From contig CM082594.2 in assembly GCA_040954595.2 (NCBI GenBank), positions 4,015,319 to 4,079,318 on the forward strand: 64,000 bases of DNA. The letters are read 5' to 3'. The stretch comes from Balanoglossus misakiensis (taxonomy: Eukaryota; Animalia; Hemichordata). Within the stretch, counting starts at the first letter, position 1, and every line of letters starts with the position of its first letter. Below are positions 27,380 through 42,600 of this stretch, piece after piece. The notes beneath the pieces are model-generated. The model saw only the letters and a program-made list of their open reading frames with translations. It searched no databases and was not told the origin of the DNA. The position numbers were made by a program, and so were the translations under genes.

Positions 27380-28924
27380 GATTTCGCACTAAACTGGCTG
27401 ATTCACACACACACACCGGCAATCCAGAAGCGACACTTTCACGCACTGCTGTGTGGCCAGCCGGACTCTCCTTTCACAAGCCCCGGAATGTACCACTTTT
27501 ACGTACGGGGAGGGCAGAGTTACAAAGACGTAGGTTTCCGTATCCTATTGTTACAAAGAAGTAGGTTTCCGCTCCTATTGTTTTACAGTAAGTATGTGTG
27601 TAATAGGGCCAGCGGGACACCAAAAGTAGGTCACATCCGAAATAAATTTATATAGCGTGTATTTACAAAACGTCAGCTAGACTTTGATCTACAATTTATA
27701 AGGTCAATCGATGCCCCTACATGTATGTAGTATGTCCTGAAGATTATATTGTATGAATGGTCCTGAACATAGTAAAAATAAAATCGTACACAATTGTTTT
27801 TTAAATGCCAAACTCACTATTATATTCATAGCCACCATGTTATTCCAGTTTAAAATTGTTTCTCATTGACGATATGAGAAAATTGGGAGAGGTTTCAACC
27901 AATATTTCAAATCTGCAATATAGACTGCAGTTTGGCTTATTCTTTTTTGTGAACAACACCCAAATCTCTAGTTAAATAATTGCCTTAGTATTTGAAATGC
28001 ACTGAGATTAATTCACACAAAGCCGCAATTATAACCAATTAAAGGATGTACACACTGTATAATAGTCTGGTTTTATCAAGAAAACCTTACATCTGCTATT
28101 GGCTCTTTCATTCAATTTTGCATACACAAACAATTCAGTCATAATAAATTGAATTCAATGGCCCAAGGACATTTTTGAGTTTGAAAAGCCAGAAAACGCA
28201 AGACAGAGCTTTTGGTTTTGATATTTTTATCGGTCAACACAACAGCACCACACATAAAGGACATTGGTCTGTCTGTATAAGGTTCAAACTTAGAACTTGC
28301 TGATCAGCTGTTCAAGTATGACATTTTTATCGTGGGTCTTATTTACTGCCCCAACCAACCAGTATAAAACATAACTGCTCAGGGAAAAAGAAACCAAAAC
28401 CAATGAATTTTGAGATCGCTGCGAAATTTAGTTTAATTCAATACACAAAGTTCTACATGTCTAGCCTTGGCTGGATTCCAAATAAACTGCAGGGTTTACT
28501 TTTCAATAAAAAAAAAATTCTTCCTTTCAAAATTTTGATTCATAAATTATTTTCATATCATTCAAAAATCCAGAGGGATGCGGATTTGTAACAATCACAT
28601 TTGTCATTTCTCTTCTTTGATCATGTGAAAATATTGTGATTTCAGGATTTTCATATTGATTTGGTTGCTAGGGTTACTTTTGAACGCTAAATTCTCTCCC
28701 AAGCCAATATGTGTATTTGCAGAATAGTCAAAATGATATATTGCATTCCAAAGATCCAACAGCAGCAGAACTATGAATGTCTGCATTCTCATGAATAGAA
28801 GTACATGTACTACCAATTATTTTGTATATCGATAGAAATACATATAAGAATTCTGGCTACCCCACAAATCGCTTACTTTACAGTAAAACTGGCACACTGA
28901 AATTCAGAGAGTAAGAACTGAGAA

Positions 28925-29069
28925 AGGGAAGAACCATTTGATTTCTGGGGGGGGGGGTGAGTATTTCAGTGTCAGCATTTTTTTCAGCCACTGTTAGCGT
29001 TACAGCAAATATTTTTGGGGGGGATTCCTAGTCCACATTTTTCCTAAAGAAATCAAATGGTTCTCCCCT
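28925..29069. mobile_element. ~145-bp MITE-like element with 22-bp terminal inverted repeats
   Basis: AGGGAAGAACCATTTGATTTCT ... AGAAATCAAATGGTTCTCCCCT; target duplication not clear. Confidence 0.55.
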
Positions 29070-29679
29070 ACGCAGCAAGAGTACAATGATAGGCGTTGAC
29101 AGCAATGTGACATTTCTTATCTTTATGTTTATTTATTTACGCCATGTCTGAAATGCTTCACACATCAGTGAAGGTACCATCACAGAAACTCATTAAAAAA
29201 AAAAGAAGTTGTTGATTCCTAAAAAATATACAGTCTTCATCAGGCGCAAATAAACTAACTAAACTACAAGTGTTGTAACAGTTCATGACAATTCATGGTG
29301 GCCTGTCAATCATAACCCTATTACCAGTGTTCATTCTGTTACTCAGCAATGACTGTCGTATCTACTGAAGAAATTTCACAAATTTCTAAAGGGGGCGTTA
29401 TGCATAGTGCACTTTCTCATCATGGTTCTCCGTTAATGAACCGAAACATTCCCTGATCGCAATTTCCAATCAGAGTTGTCTGCCGTAACAGCCCGTCAAA
29501 TCATCAAACTAATCCAGCAAGAAACTGATTTTCCACTAACGAGGGCAAAAATATTGACACAATGCTCATGAGCATTCTTCACAACCACTAAAGAGAACCA
29601 GAGACTGGGAAAGATGCTTTTTGAGCCGAACATCCCAAATTATTACTGTCAAATGAAAGAGCGCCCCCACAGTCAGCTT

Positions 29680-30813
29680 TTACAACTCCGACACGAGTCC
29701 AGACACTGGTGCACTGACTTTGATCAGAGCTTGCACTTGTTTAAAATCTTTGTGATCTTTGTCGCCTACAAGCTGTAACAACACCGATTCACTGGTTGTG
29801 ATAATAGCACCGGCTTGGCGCAGTCTCTGAAAAAAAAGAACCAACAAAAACATACATCACTTATGCCACATTGAAAATAGAGGTTGTTTGTCTGCTTGAC
29901 CAGCTACAATGATTTCAAACTCACTTCCTCATGTCCTCTGTCTAACTCCATGCAGACAACAGCATTAGATCATGTTTTACTTTATTTTAATTTAGATCAT
30001 GTTTTATTTTGAATGCTCCAATTTCTGGTCACTTGTATAGCGCCCTCATGCGGACAGTGCTACCATTTCTGATCGGTGGTATAGCACATTTATGCACAGT
30101 ATTCAACCTGCTCGACTAATAAAAACACAATTTGCAGTACTCACATGGAAGGCAAAATTTCTGTCCATCTGACTTCTAGATGAGCATCCATCGGCCACAA
30201 TGTGAACATTTATTCCTCTTGCCAGTAAATCCAAAGTGGTCTGTTGGATGCAAACATGCGTCTGAAGAGAGAACAGTATTAGCACTTTTTTTCTTTTCAC
30301 TGCTTCATATTTGCATTGATAAAGCAAGTCAAAAAGCCTTTTTTTTATTTTGACTGACTGCAACCCCAAAAACGCAGACAGTGAAAAAATCATGATGATG
30401 ATGTCATGTAGGAACTGTGTTGACAACCATAGCCTAGAATTTTGTGGATCTCCAATAGTGTGCTGTTTTCTCACCAAATGAAATCAAATCAAATCAATCA
30501 AATCAAATGACTACAGAGTTTTGAGATGTTACATTTGAGACCTATGATCTCACCATCCAAACTGAACTTACCTCAATTCCAAACAAGACAACCGCTCTCG
30601 GATTGTCAATGTCCTTCATGGCCTGTTCCACATTTGGAATAAGCATTGAAAATTTCGTTTTTGGATATGGCCCTTTTGCATGGCTGATGTCGAGCTCCTT
30701 CACTGTGGCACCAAGTCCTTTAGGATACTGAAATATGAATTAAAATGTATATTCGTAAAAATTGATAATGATGGTGGTGATGATGATGTTGGTGGTGGTG
30801 GTTGTGATGGTGG

Positions 30814-30874
<61 letters not shown>

Positions 30875-31570
30875 CTTTGTTATATGGACTGACCTGTTCT
30901 GTAGCAATCAAAGGAATTTCCAAGATTTTGGCAGCTTCTACCTGTCAATAAAAAAAATGATAGTTTCATTTTTGGTTATGCAACAATTGCGGTGTTCAAC
31001 AGAGCTATATCCATTTATGTTCTGTTTCTCAACCGATGTTCCTTGTTCTACTCCCTAGAACATGATGATAAACAGGGCATAAGTTTGTCCTGCTTGCCTG
31101 TAAAGTTGTTGCAGTACCACAGCTCGAGGTGTTGGTGGTTGGAGGAAACCTCGATATACTGAACTTTGATCACCAAGTATCGCATGATCAGGAAACAAAA
31201 CAATGCACTTTGTTACCTGCGACTCCCGAGTCATTTCAAAAACCACCGAGCGAACCCTTCCACTTTACCAATTCCTTCTTTTTAAATGGTGAAGTTAGTG
31301 ACCTGGACCGCCTAACATTTACTGGTGGTAAAACGAAAGTACTGTACGTGTATTCGAACGCGCACGTGTAACGTAGGTGCCACGCCTCCCTGACAGAGGT
31401 ACACAGGTAGAACAGATAAAGGGGAAGAATTAAGTACTAACCAGCCGTTTGGAAACAGTGACAATATCCTCGAAATATTTAATATGCGGTCGAAACTTTT
31501 CTTGCACATCACACAAGAAAAATGCAGTTGAGTTGATGTCTAGGTTTCCAAGAGTCTTGGACGCAGCCAT
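29680..31570 (-). CDS. ISOC2: Isochorismatase domain-containing protein (ISOC1/ISOC2-like), 198 aa, 5 exons
   Basis: Exons 31570-31442, 30941-30894, 30727-30572, 30261-30145, 29826-29680, all phase 0. Motifs [70 protein letters not shown]. Length resembles ISOC2, but ISOC1 versus ISOC2 orthology is not resolved. Confidence 0.9.
30765..30874. repeat. (GAT/GGT)n trinucleotide microsatellite filling ISOC intron 2
   Basis: Directly visible; source of the poly-H, poly-D and poly-M ORFs in the track. Confidence 0.95.
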
Positions 31571-32225
31571 TTTGACACTACAAAGAATTGTGGGTACAAT
31601 ATAAGTACATGTGCTTCACATGAAAAACACGAATGGAGCACTCATTAAAAACAACCAGCGGCGATAGTATCCCAGACAGTTTTTATTCAGTCCAAGTACT
31701 TTTTGTTTTGACGTGACAAGCACCTTTTCGAGATTATGGTGCCCTGATATGTTGCAGGACTTCGGAGGCGAACTATGACCTTTGGTGACCTCATGTAAAT
31801 GAGCAAATATGACCTCGAGCACATTTGAATCAATGGGACGTCAACAAAGACTAGGTAAGCAGTCGTCTTTTCAATGTCTGGGGGAAATTATAATGACTTT
31901 TGTATCATTATACACGGTCACGGCGCGCACTGAATGGAGTCATAGTAACAGTTCTACCGGAATACTAATACTTTGGAGTTAGACCGTCATACAAGTTTTT
32001 TCCTTCGAGATGTGAGCGCTGCACACTTCTGCAGTCGTCTGCTGACAGATTTTGCTGGCAAGGCGCACGAGTGTAGGCCACTCAATCGAGCTGTCATATA
32101 TTCTTCGACTCAACTGCAGGCGAAATGTGGTAGTCGTATTTCTGTGTATGAAATAAGTGCGTCTTCTGCAAAAGCCAAAAAACACGCATGTCGTGTGATA
32201 AAGTAGGCTGGTGCGTGCTGAAAAG
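31571..32225. promoter_or_regulatory. Probable bidirectional promoter shared by ISOC (-) and the 5' non-coding exon(s) of DIPK2-like paralogue 1 (+)
   Basis: CpG-enriched region; + strand donors TAG|GTAAGC at 31855 and AAG|GTAAGA at 32226; candidate + acceptor ending at 36378, upstream of the DIPK ATG. Confidence 0.45.
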
Positions 32226-35200
32226 GTAAGAATTGTGTGAGAATTTCGGGAAGGGGGAGCTGGCAAGTTGAAAGATTTATATTTTCGAGGTTGCAGCACT
32301 ATATTAAGCGGGCATGGAAAATTAAATGACCCGTGCAAAAGTGTCATAAATTATATGAGTGCATTTACGAGTCACGTTTCAAATAAAAAATGTTTTTTTT
32401 TTGTTTTTTTTTTGTTTAGTGAATCAAACGCGTCTTGGGGACAAATCCACTTAATTGACAGAATATGAAATCAAGAAATTGACAATAAATTGTTCTTTTC
32501 AAGAAATTTGGCAAAAAATAGTATTTTTACTTTGCAGGTGTTTCATCAACTACATTATCTTTTCATTGGACATATAATCATGCTTAGAATGTTTTTTTAT
32601 ATATAAATAGTACAGTACTGTGGTTACTTTTCTGTATTTAATACTGAAAAGTAACTAAAGTTCGTTTTTGCCACTGGTCTAGATTTAGTCCAAAGTGATA
32701 ATCAGTTCTAATAACCAATGGAAATGGTTTAAGAAATGCATTTTGAAAATATTTTTAAAAAATTAATAGGGCAATTTGTAGGGGGAAAAATTGATAGACA
32801 GAACTTTGTGACTGACGGTGGACGTATCATTCTTCCTCATTGTTTAGAAAAACAAACAGGATTTAGCAGACTTTTCCATTAATAGACACTTAACTGATGT
32901 AAACTAATGCCCTCTCTTTGCTTTACATCAATCAGAACTCCGATAAAAAACATCTCAGTTGACGTTGTTCATAACCAAAGCTTGAGATATCGTTTGATTT
33001 ATGGCAGTCTTCTAACCTGCAGCTCAGATTTCATATATTTATGCACCAGCACACAGTGTTTACTTATCTTTATTCCACTGGCCAGCTTCTCACATTACAC
33101 ATGAAAATCAGGCCTGGTTGCAGTGATCTCAATCGAGAAATGCAACCAAGTGGAAATATTATTCCCTACTGAATTTAAAATACACTCAAATACCAGGCTT
33201 TATCAGTAGGCTTTTTCCCAAATAGTCCCGATAGAGTTAAATCTGTCTTTGGTTTCTTTCTCATTTTCTTGGTATGAAATGTTTTGTTGTGATCTTGGAA
33301 TATCTTGTCGCAGATTTAAAGTGTTCACAAGAAATGTGTACTTTTGTTTTACTTCTGTAAAAAAAAGCAATTCTTGGCTTATGTATTAGGCTGCTGACAA
33401 GTCAAATTCAAGAAGAATATACTAAACTGTCCATTGGACAATTGATGAACTTTTATTTGAGTCTTGGTTGATCTCTATGTCAACGATTTTGCCAAATACC
33501 CAATCATGCATTCCCATGAATTCTAGCAATAACAAAAGACATTTATCATGCACATGATCTCTACATGAAGCCTGGGTTGAAAGACAAGAAAATAAATGAA
33601 AAAATAACCCTGATGAAATGGTGCAGAAGGAATTTAATAAGACTACGGATGACAGATATGTTCAAAGAGATGCGTGTATGTCCACTCCAGTTCAAAAACT
33701 TTAAAACCATTACACAAATCATCTTGGTATTTGACACTTTTTTTCTATACAGACAAACTTTTCAACTTACAGGAAAATAATAGAAATACTGAAAAAGGGG
33801 TATTTTGTGAAAAGTATGATTTATCGATACTGTAGTGGGTAGTGTTTTACCAATTGTTTCAGATTTTAAGAGCATGTGATACAAAAATAAAATGTGTGTC
33901 CACAGAGAGGAATGTGACCGTTCTTCAAATTGTAACATTAGCCCCAGGGTCAGTAAGATGAATTAAACCGTCCTGTCAGTTGTGTGTGCCGCTGTACAAT
34001 GATTGATGTGCAGATTCTTAATTTGGGTTGCCTAGCAACTCAGACAGATTTCTGAAGACAGACTAAACACTGTTGTGACTCAAAGTAAGAAATTAAATTC
34101 TGCACATTTTCTCTTCCATTTATGACCAGATTATTAAGATTGCTATTATGTACATCAACTTTTCAAAATAGTTAGGTTCTATTTTGAGGAAAAAGTTTGA
34201 ATAATTGAAAGAAAATACCGACACAGATTTGATTTGTGAAAATTTGAAGGTTGGAAGAGAATGGACTGTTGTGACAATGCGCTTGCTAAGAATCATTGTA
34301 TTTAACTCAAACATGCCTACCAGATGTTTTGGAATCATCAGTGATGTATTATATCAAAGTTGCGACACAGTTTGATGACAAAATGAACATTACAATTATG
34401 TTTTTTTCTAGCACTTTCATTACAGATTAACCAGTGCCGTACTTGCCGACATGGTGCGAACAAATGAGTACTATTCTATGTTCTAACTTTGCGTTTATCC
34501 ATAAAAGTAGCCAGCAAGCCAAAGTTTTGAAATAAATGACCAAGATAGAAACAGTATCAAGGAAGTGCTTAGATTCCTTGAAATTCACTGGAAAAAGTCC
34601 TGGAACTTTGGATGACTGAATACACGAACCTTGTGAATGTTGGCTTGGTTGGAATGCTATATCTCTGCCCTCAAAATACGCCTATTGAGGCTACAAGAAA
34701 GTTGAAACCAGCAACAAGGTGGTGTGTATAAGTAACCTTCTGGGCTAATTAAGATGAAATAGTCCATGGCTGTGCGACTTGGCTATCAGGTTATGAGCCA
34801 TTTGCATCCATGGTATTGCATGGACCCCCTGCGTTACATTGCTATGTCTGAGAGAAATAGATATTCATTGCCTGGGGTATTGAGGGGTTCTAGTTCATTC
34901 TCAATATGTGCTGTCCCGTTTTAGAATAAAGGGACATTATCCATAACTTTTGATTATTTTTTCAAGATTTTGTTCTGTATGTCAGTCAGTTGCAATATCA
35001 TGTTATACCCCCAACACCATCGTAAGTTTGCCCGGCCAAATCGTTTTCTGCTATCACCCAAAGACCGTGTATCAACTTAGTTGGAGAGCGCGATTAATCC
35101 CGAAGTTTATTCAGCTGTTTCTGACATAACAAAAGTTGCAGTTAAAGTACTTCAGAAACAGTTTGCACAAAAAATAACTGGTGTCAAGACACATACCACT

Positions 35201-36616
35201 AGCACTGCCCTTACTTTGATGACTAAAGCCTGTAAACTTACGCCATGCATGACTCAATGCAATGCCACATTGAAGTCAACATATCCGGTTGACATGCAGG
35301 CTCCCCAGCATATTTTCCCAACATTTAAGAACTAATTTGCGAGAACAAAAAACCCAGAAAGTCATCTCAGCCCATTTTTCTGGAATTGAGAATGATTGTA
35401 TACAACGAAGTCAACATTATTTTGACTTCAATTTACAGCGCCCATGCATGGTTTAGTGTTTACAGCCCCGTTCTTTGTCCTGTCGTTTAGCCGCAAACAT
35501 GCTTGAGTGATGGTCGGAAGCAGGTGGCATATGCGTGTAGAAAGAGAAATTGTTTACACGACCTCTGACCTCCAGTCGGATCTTTGCGGCTCTGGTTACC
35601 TCCGGGGCACAATTCATTATAGCCCTGTGTGGTATTGGGTACATGTTTGCATGTGAAACATATTACAGTGAGAATGGGCTGAAAGTTTTCAAACTTATAC
35701 CAGTACGGATATATGTGATGAATATATGCAAAGGTTTAAGTGGAGCCATAATGGCTTGGAACACATCCCATCAGTGTGTTGGGGTACTCAGGCTGACTAC
35801 CGATATCAGTACTTTTGCATTTTCTTTACTTATTAGCAGTTGGAGTAACTCTGCAAGAACTGTTTAATGCAGTTTTCAGTGTCATTGTTATGTGAAACCA
35901 AAGATTACCAAAATACTGCATTGTATGAACAAGAGAGCAGCTATTCAAGATAGCGTATTGAGTAGCAGAACAGTAAAACTGTCTACTTTTAGTGGGGGTG
36001 AATATCCACAGGGAAGCTGTTTGTCGTCAGATGTAGATACAGATACACATGCATAATACACATACATACAGGTAATATACGCACAGAATACAAATACAAG
36101 TCAGATACATACATTAGAAGCATGCACACAGATGCAAAGAATACACTTATAGGCCAGATACAGGCAATACACAAATATATTCCCATTTACTGAATACACA
36201 GACATATGTAAACATATATACTGGTGTATAGAAAATGTAGATACATAGATTTCATACGTAAGTCAGATACATTCAATACAAAGATACATATATTATACAA
36301 AACAGATACATATAATACACAAAAATATGTGTGCATTGATGCTGGTACTAATTGTGATATTTCTCTATCTTGAAATAGGCTACAATGACAGGAATCAAGT
36401 GGTTTGTCCAGGCAAGTTCAAGCAGAAAGTATTCCTTACAAATGAATGAACTATTTCCATGAAAGCTGTTCAGAAATTTCCAAGACAAATCCTATTTACA
36501 CATCATTATGGTGGATCAACGTCTCCGACACAGAACATTTTGTGTGTGCGTCATTCGTCTTGTCCAGTCCCATCGAGTTACCTCCCGTCTATGATTGCAG
36601 GGAACCCCTCACTGCC

Positions 36617-39600
36617 ATGGCTCGTAGGGCGCGCTTGGCAGTGCCCATCAAACTCGCATTCTGTTTCATGTTCCTCATCCTGTGCTATGTGTGCGTCAAG
36701 ATTTTCCAATTCGCCAACTGGTCCTCAAAGATGGAGTCGCACCAGTGGACGTACAACGGACAGAGCCGTTCCGACATCCTTCCAGTACTCCCCCAGGAAA
36801 ACCGAATGAACTACCAAGAGCTGGACTCGAATGACATCAACTCCCAGAAGGGTGTGCAACTCAAAATGAAAGTGATGAAATTTACAGAGGACAATGCGAT
36901 TCAAGGCGACCGGGAATCGCAAGACTCGGATTATTCCGACAGCAAAAAGACTTTGGATAATCTGAAATTCCAGTACTCATCCAGCATTCCAGAGTATCCG
37001 TTTGAAGTGCACAAGTGCCCGGCTTGCTTCGGAGACTCACTGTGCCAAAGTTTCGGCACGGGCGAGGCCAAGCTGAACTTGACCGTGAAACACCTCGACC
37101 CGAACAGTATCAGTTACCAAGGATACTACAAAAACAATAAAGTCGTCGGCAAGAGACTCGGCACCGACGTCGAATTCCAGAAACTCGATCATTTTATTTG
37201 TGCCAACACGAGTCAGGATTCGGACTGCGATGTGGGCGACGCCGTCGTGATGTCGTACCTGGCCAGTGATGCGGCGCTCACGGTCAATCACTTCAGGAAT
37301 GAATTATGGAAGGTGACCCAGCAAGCGCACTCCGATCTCAGGTAAGATCCCGGGAGACGATCGGCTCATCCATTTATTCCATGGTGCATTCCCCTGAGGG
37401 ATTCGCATCAACATTTCTTCCAACGATGCAGTCTAGTGTCTACGGTCTGGAGCCTGAAATTCAATTCAATTTAAATGCTAATGGATCAGGATTTCAGAAA
37501 TGCAGCTAGCTTAGTTGACTTGCATTTGTCCATGCAGGGTATTCATGAATTCCGAATCCTGTAAAAAAAATTCCAATGTGAGCAGAATTAGTCATTTGTT
37601 TGCAGTTTCTCCCCAAGTGCAAAGTACAACGAATAATAACTACACAAAATTGACTGTATCACAGCTGAAACTACATGTCTGTCAATTATCATTTACAACC
37701 TTCATTTGTACGTAATGTGAAATATGTCATAGTACATGTAAATACATGTTAATTGATGGCTGGTTGGGGGGGGGGGGGTGAAGATAGCGGTTGTCTGTTG
37801 GAGTGATTGTCCAATCATTCATTCTTTGTGGGAAAGCTTAGCTTGATAAAATCCCCTTGAACCATAACAGTCCACACACCATCCATTTCATTGCAAGCCT
37901 TGAAACATTCAGCGACAAGTGAAGCCATGCAATAGTGTAAATATGTCAGCTAATTAAACTCAAACCATACAGTGAGAATAGCTGACATATGTAAAGATGT
38001 GTGACATTAAAAGTTTTGTATTTGACATTGGGAGGTGATCATCATCTGTACTTGTCAGAGGCAAGTTGAATATCTTGCAAATCCATGCAAAAATTAAACT
38101 TTCACGCATATCGCTAGAGTGTTGGCTTCCTTCAGAAATGAACTGGTGGATCCGGTCACTTAATAAACCCACACAAAACCGCTGGCGTGCCCGAATTAAG
38201 TTTTTGAAAAAAGTAACGTGAACAGACTTCAGTCTCTGCAAATCGCTGCCTTCGTGACAACCAGGTTACGTTACGACGGTGTTTTTATTAGATCGCGTTT
38301 GCCTGAGTGCAGAAACTGAAAAAGTGTCTGCGTGGGGCTTGGCGCTGACAAAGCCGGAACACTTAAGGATGCAAATGAATATACAGCTCAACTTGTCTTT
38401 GTTTGCAGCAGCCGTCTCCAGAAACCTTTAATTTATTTGCTTCTGAGACGATGACTTGATCCAATCATGCAGTTAATGACATGAGCATTTCTTAGAAGCG
38501 ACGGTAATTACTCTAACATAATTTCAGACCTTGCAGATTTGAATCAAGGTATGCATGCTCGCTGTAAATGCTTAATTTACAGGGGGGAGCAAAGTGGCAG
38601 AGGCTTTTGTATGTTACTCTTATTCACTCTGCAAATAAGAATTAAGTTTTATAGCGTGCTCATTTTGCTGGAAACTGTGAATCATTGGAGCAGTTCACAT
38701 TCTGGTGTGTCATTCCAGTGTTTTTTATACACATGCAGATTAACTTTTGGCTGAATTAGGTGGCACTCTTTCACTGCTAACTTGTAGTTTCTCGTACTGC
38801 AGTCTCTGACCATAGTAATTGCAGAGTGACATTGAAATATGCCAGTGCAGTACTACAAAGAATTACAAAGCAGCAGTGTTTGATTTACAATGTCTGTCCC
38901 ATCCACGATGAGAAAAATCTGCAATGTGACAGAATTGATCACAGCTATAGTTGGGAATTTAAACAAATAAATTATTTTTTGTGGACTTCACTTCAAGGGC
39001 TAGGCTGATGTAGTTTGTATATTGTCCCCCATTAGAATAATTCTTGCCTCCCATTAAAATAATTCAATTCCCTCCTATTAAAATTCTGGTAATTGACATG
39101 CTCCCCATTCTAAATCCACTCTCTTGTCAGTCCATGTATCATAATTCCCTTGTACACGTCTTCAACTTATGTTTCATGGCCATTAATTTGTATTCTCCTT
39201 GAATTGTAAAATATGCTGACTCAGTCATCACTGAGTCATCAAATGTTCAAATATTCAAAGCTGACAAACTCTGATTAATTTCACTAACCATGTCAATGGT
39301 GTGTAATAAAGTGTGTTTCGTGAAATCTGTTTGTTAGCGGATTTCTGTATAATCTGTCCATTAGTATGGACAATTCCCTTATGATATAAGAAATACCTTG
39401 TTGGATAATCTTGTTCAAGACTTCAGCTAGGTTATCTGGACTAGATAATTGTTTTATTCAGCCTAAAAGGTGATGTCTCATTATGTCATGGTGGACGTCT
39501 CATAGACTGTTCAAGTGCGTGCATTGTTGCGCCCACATTCAATTCCTGGACCGGGTCTTGATATCTCATTATAACAGGATGAACATCTTGTATCCCGTTC

Positions 39601-42600
39601 AAGTGTGTGTATTGTGGCACTGTTCATTTTCTTAATCTCGTCTTGATAGCTTAAGTGGGTTACTTGTAAAGAAACGGGGAATTAATGAGTTGGAGTGAAT
39701 GGTTTGTCAACTGCGGGTGGAAGCTTGAAATGGCGAAGTACACTTAGCGGATAAAAGACTCTTTTCACTTGCAAATGTTTTGATCTCTACTTGATGGTTG
39801 TTGATGTTGATAATGCAGCTTTTGTGACATACAGTCGAGACCCTAGACGGGCTTAATTGACAAGTCTCCCTGTCAGTTTAATTTCAGACAAGCTGGCTGT
39901 AGGCTTTTTTTCTGCAAGGTGTTTTTACCTATGCTTTCAGAGACACAGAACTTAGGTGATGGGGTATAGTTTACTCTGATCAGCTTGCACTTACATGTAC
40001 TTCAAAACCTTGCACTGGGCGGGCAGTGGTATACTGGTCTGGTGAGAATATCCCACCCAGATTTCTCCAAAATAAGAGGAATATTACAATTTTGACATAT
40101 ACTTTACTTTCTGGTATAAAAATAATCTCTAAATCACAGATTGGACAGTTTTCAATATTTTGATACAAACACGTACCATGGGATGATGAAATTATTTTAA
40201 CTTTTGAGAATATGTTTGCAGTTTTCTGTCCAGGAACTGCAACAAGCTTAGCGTACTAGCTTGAAGGGATGACTTATGTCATGTTTGTTCATTTTTGTCT
40301 GGAGAGAAAAGTCTGGATTTGCTTAAAGAGGCAAGTATGGTGCCTGAGGCATTTCTAAAGGTTGTGGGACTCATTCATTCATTGGTAAACAATAGACCTT
40401 TTGTCTACAGCAAGTCACTGCTTCCAGAAACTAAAAGTTGGGTACGGGGAGTACATTAATTTGAGAATATCTGCATTTTTTTGGAACCAAAGCACTTTTT
40501 CTTTAAGATTTTAGACACTCAGATGTGGTGTGTATGGATATCTGCACAGACAGGTCAGAAACAAAATTAAATTTAGTGAATATATGGATCAGGCTTTTGT
40601 GATGTCATTTGGTCATGTATTAACACTCCCCCCATAATCGTTCTTGTATACCAATACACCACTGTCATTAAGTGGACTTTTTGTCATTTTGGGTCAAATA
40701 CCTGAACATTTTCAAACCAAACAGATCTTGTATAATTGGTCTGTAGACCTGGTTTGTTCATAATTTAATTGTATGACAAAACAATTCAAAAGTATTTCAT
40801 TTTTTTTTATCACCAGCGCAACAATCTGTGCAACGCCGAGATTCATCGAAACTGTCAAGATGTTGTACAATCATGACAAGGAAGGCATTCTGAATGAAGA
40901 AGAGAGGTCAGAGTTCATGACGTCTCTCATACTTAACCCAGAAGGGGTTCTTCTGAAGGTAAATCTTTGTGTTTTAGAGTTTGGGGGATAAAAATAAAAT
41001 TTATCACTGTACCCACAGTAAGTATATACAGCACTTGGCATCAAAGTGGTTGCTGTACGTAATTTACACCAGCAGAGATGCTGTTTATATTAAACAAAAT
41101 CAGGCAACCAAATCTTCATGAGCATCGATGTTCATGTTTGAAATACATGACGTTTTCTCTTGTATAAACTTTGGTGCCTATCTGCCTTCCAGTCATGTGT
41201 ACACTTGTGGTTTTGTGTACATAGTTTGACAAGTGAACAAACCAACAGTATTTCCCTGCATTGTTAAGACTGAAAAAAATCTGGATATGCCGATAATCAG
41301 TGATTTCTCTGTTTTCCAGTTTTTCATGGAGGTCGAGTGCTCAGAAAACACAGTGTGGCCTGTACCTTTCTTGATTGGTGAATGCGGCCGGGTCACCGTC
41401 ACCGAGCATACCAGCAAACCGCTGGTACGTTTCTATGGCGACTCCTGGGAGCAGAGAGTCAACCTATCACTGCAGCTGTTAGATATGGTCGACATATTCC
41501 TGGAGGAGAGCTCCGATTGGTTGGTGCTGTTGGGCGACTTTCACCACAGTAATTTCGCCGTCACCGAGAGTGGACGTCTGGTTTTGACAAATCTGAAAGA
41601 CATATTGATTGTAGACAAGCATGAGGCAAGACAAGGTAAGCTTACTGCCAATGCACGTTTAGATTTCCTGAAAGAAAATTTCGGCTTGTCACCATCTATG
41701 CTAATGGATATCTGTTACCTTATCAACCAGTCAGTGTACTATGCCACCTGCATCTCTAAGACAGTTGCTATACTAGTAGTTCATCCATCCATCCATTCAT
41801 CTGTCCATCCGACCATCCATCCGTCCATTCATTCATTCATTCATTCATTCATTCATTCATTCATTCATTCATTCATTCATTCATTCATCAAAGAACAAAC
41901 AAAAGTCAAAGTTCCTAATTATTTTCAGGAACTTGCTACATCAGTCAAATTCCTTGGAGAAAAGTGACTAGCCCTCCACAATGACAACAGAATTCTAGTA
42001 CATTGTACATGTATTTGCCGAAAAAGTGTCTGACCTATGGACGTTCTTGTTGTAAATATTTTACTTTTTCTTTGCAGCTGGTGGTCAGTTTGGTGGTCAG
42101 ATCAACTATGACAGGCCATGCAACGAAGAGTGTTTTGCAGCATTCATTCAGAAGCTGTTGAAAAATCCCTATGACTGGTGCCACGAAACTCCCTTTTATG
42201 CACAAATCATGTATTCCTTGGTGTGCCGGTGGTTGCTGTCCGCTGATGAGAGCCACAAGAAGTTGGAGAATGCTGATGATAGTCAGGATGTCGAGGATCA
42301 GCTCGGTTCAAGTGAGTTTCCTATGGTTCTTACAATTTACATTTATCAAGATCCAGAGGTTTTAAAAAGCAGGGTCTTGTATGGTCGTGTACAGTGCATT
42401 AATTTCTCCCATTTGAAGACAGCTAGGTTGTCTAAGTCAATTTTCAGTAAACCATGATTGACTTCGTCATGGTATCAATATCCCTGAAAAAAACACAACG
42501 TGCAGTCACATGGAACACTGGGGGCGCTGTTTATGGTTCCCTCACCTATTCTGCCAGTACTAGTGCTCTCACGAAATAATGAAGAACGTCTATCATCCAT

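Noticed and set aside
30680-31058. Poly-His, poly-Asp and poly-Met ORFs
   Set aside because: Translations of the (GAT)n microsatellite inside ISOC intron 2.
35990-36330. Degenerate ATAC/AGAT-rich stretch with a 65-aa ORF
   Set aside because: Low-complexity decayed microsatellite.
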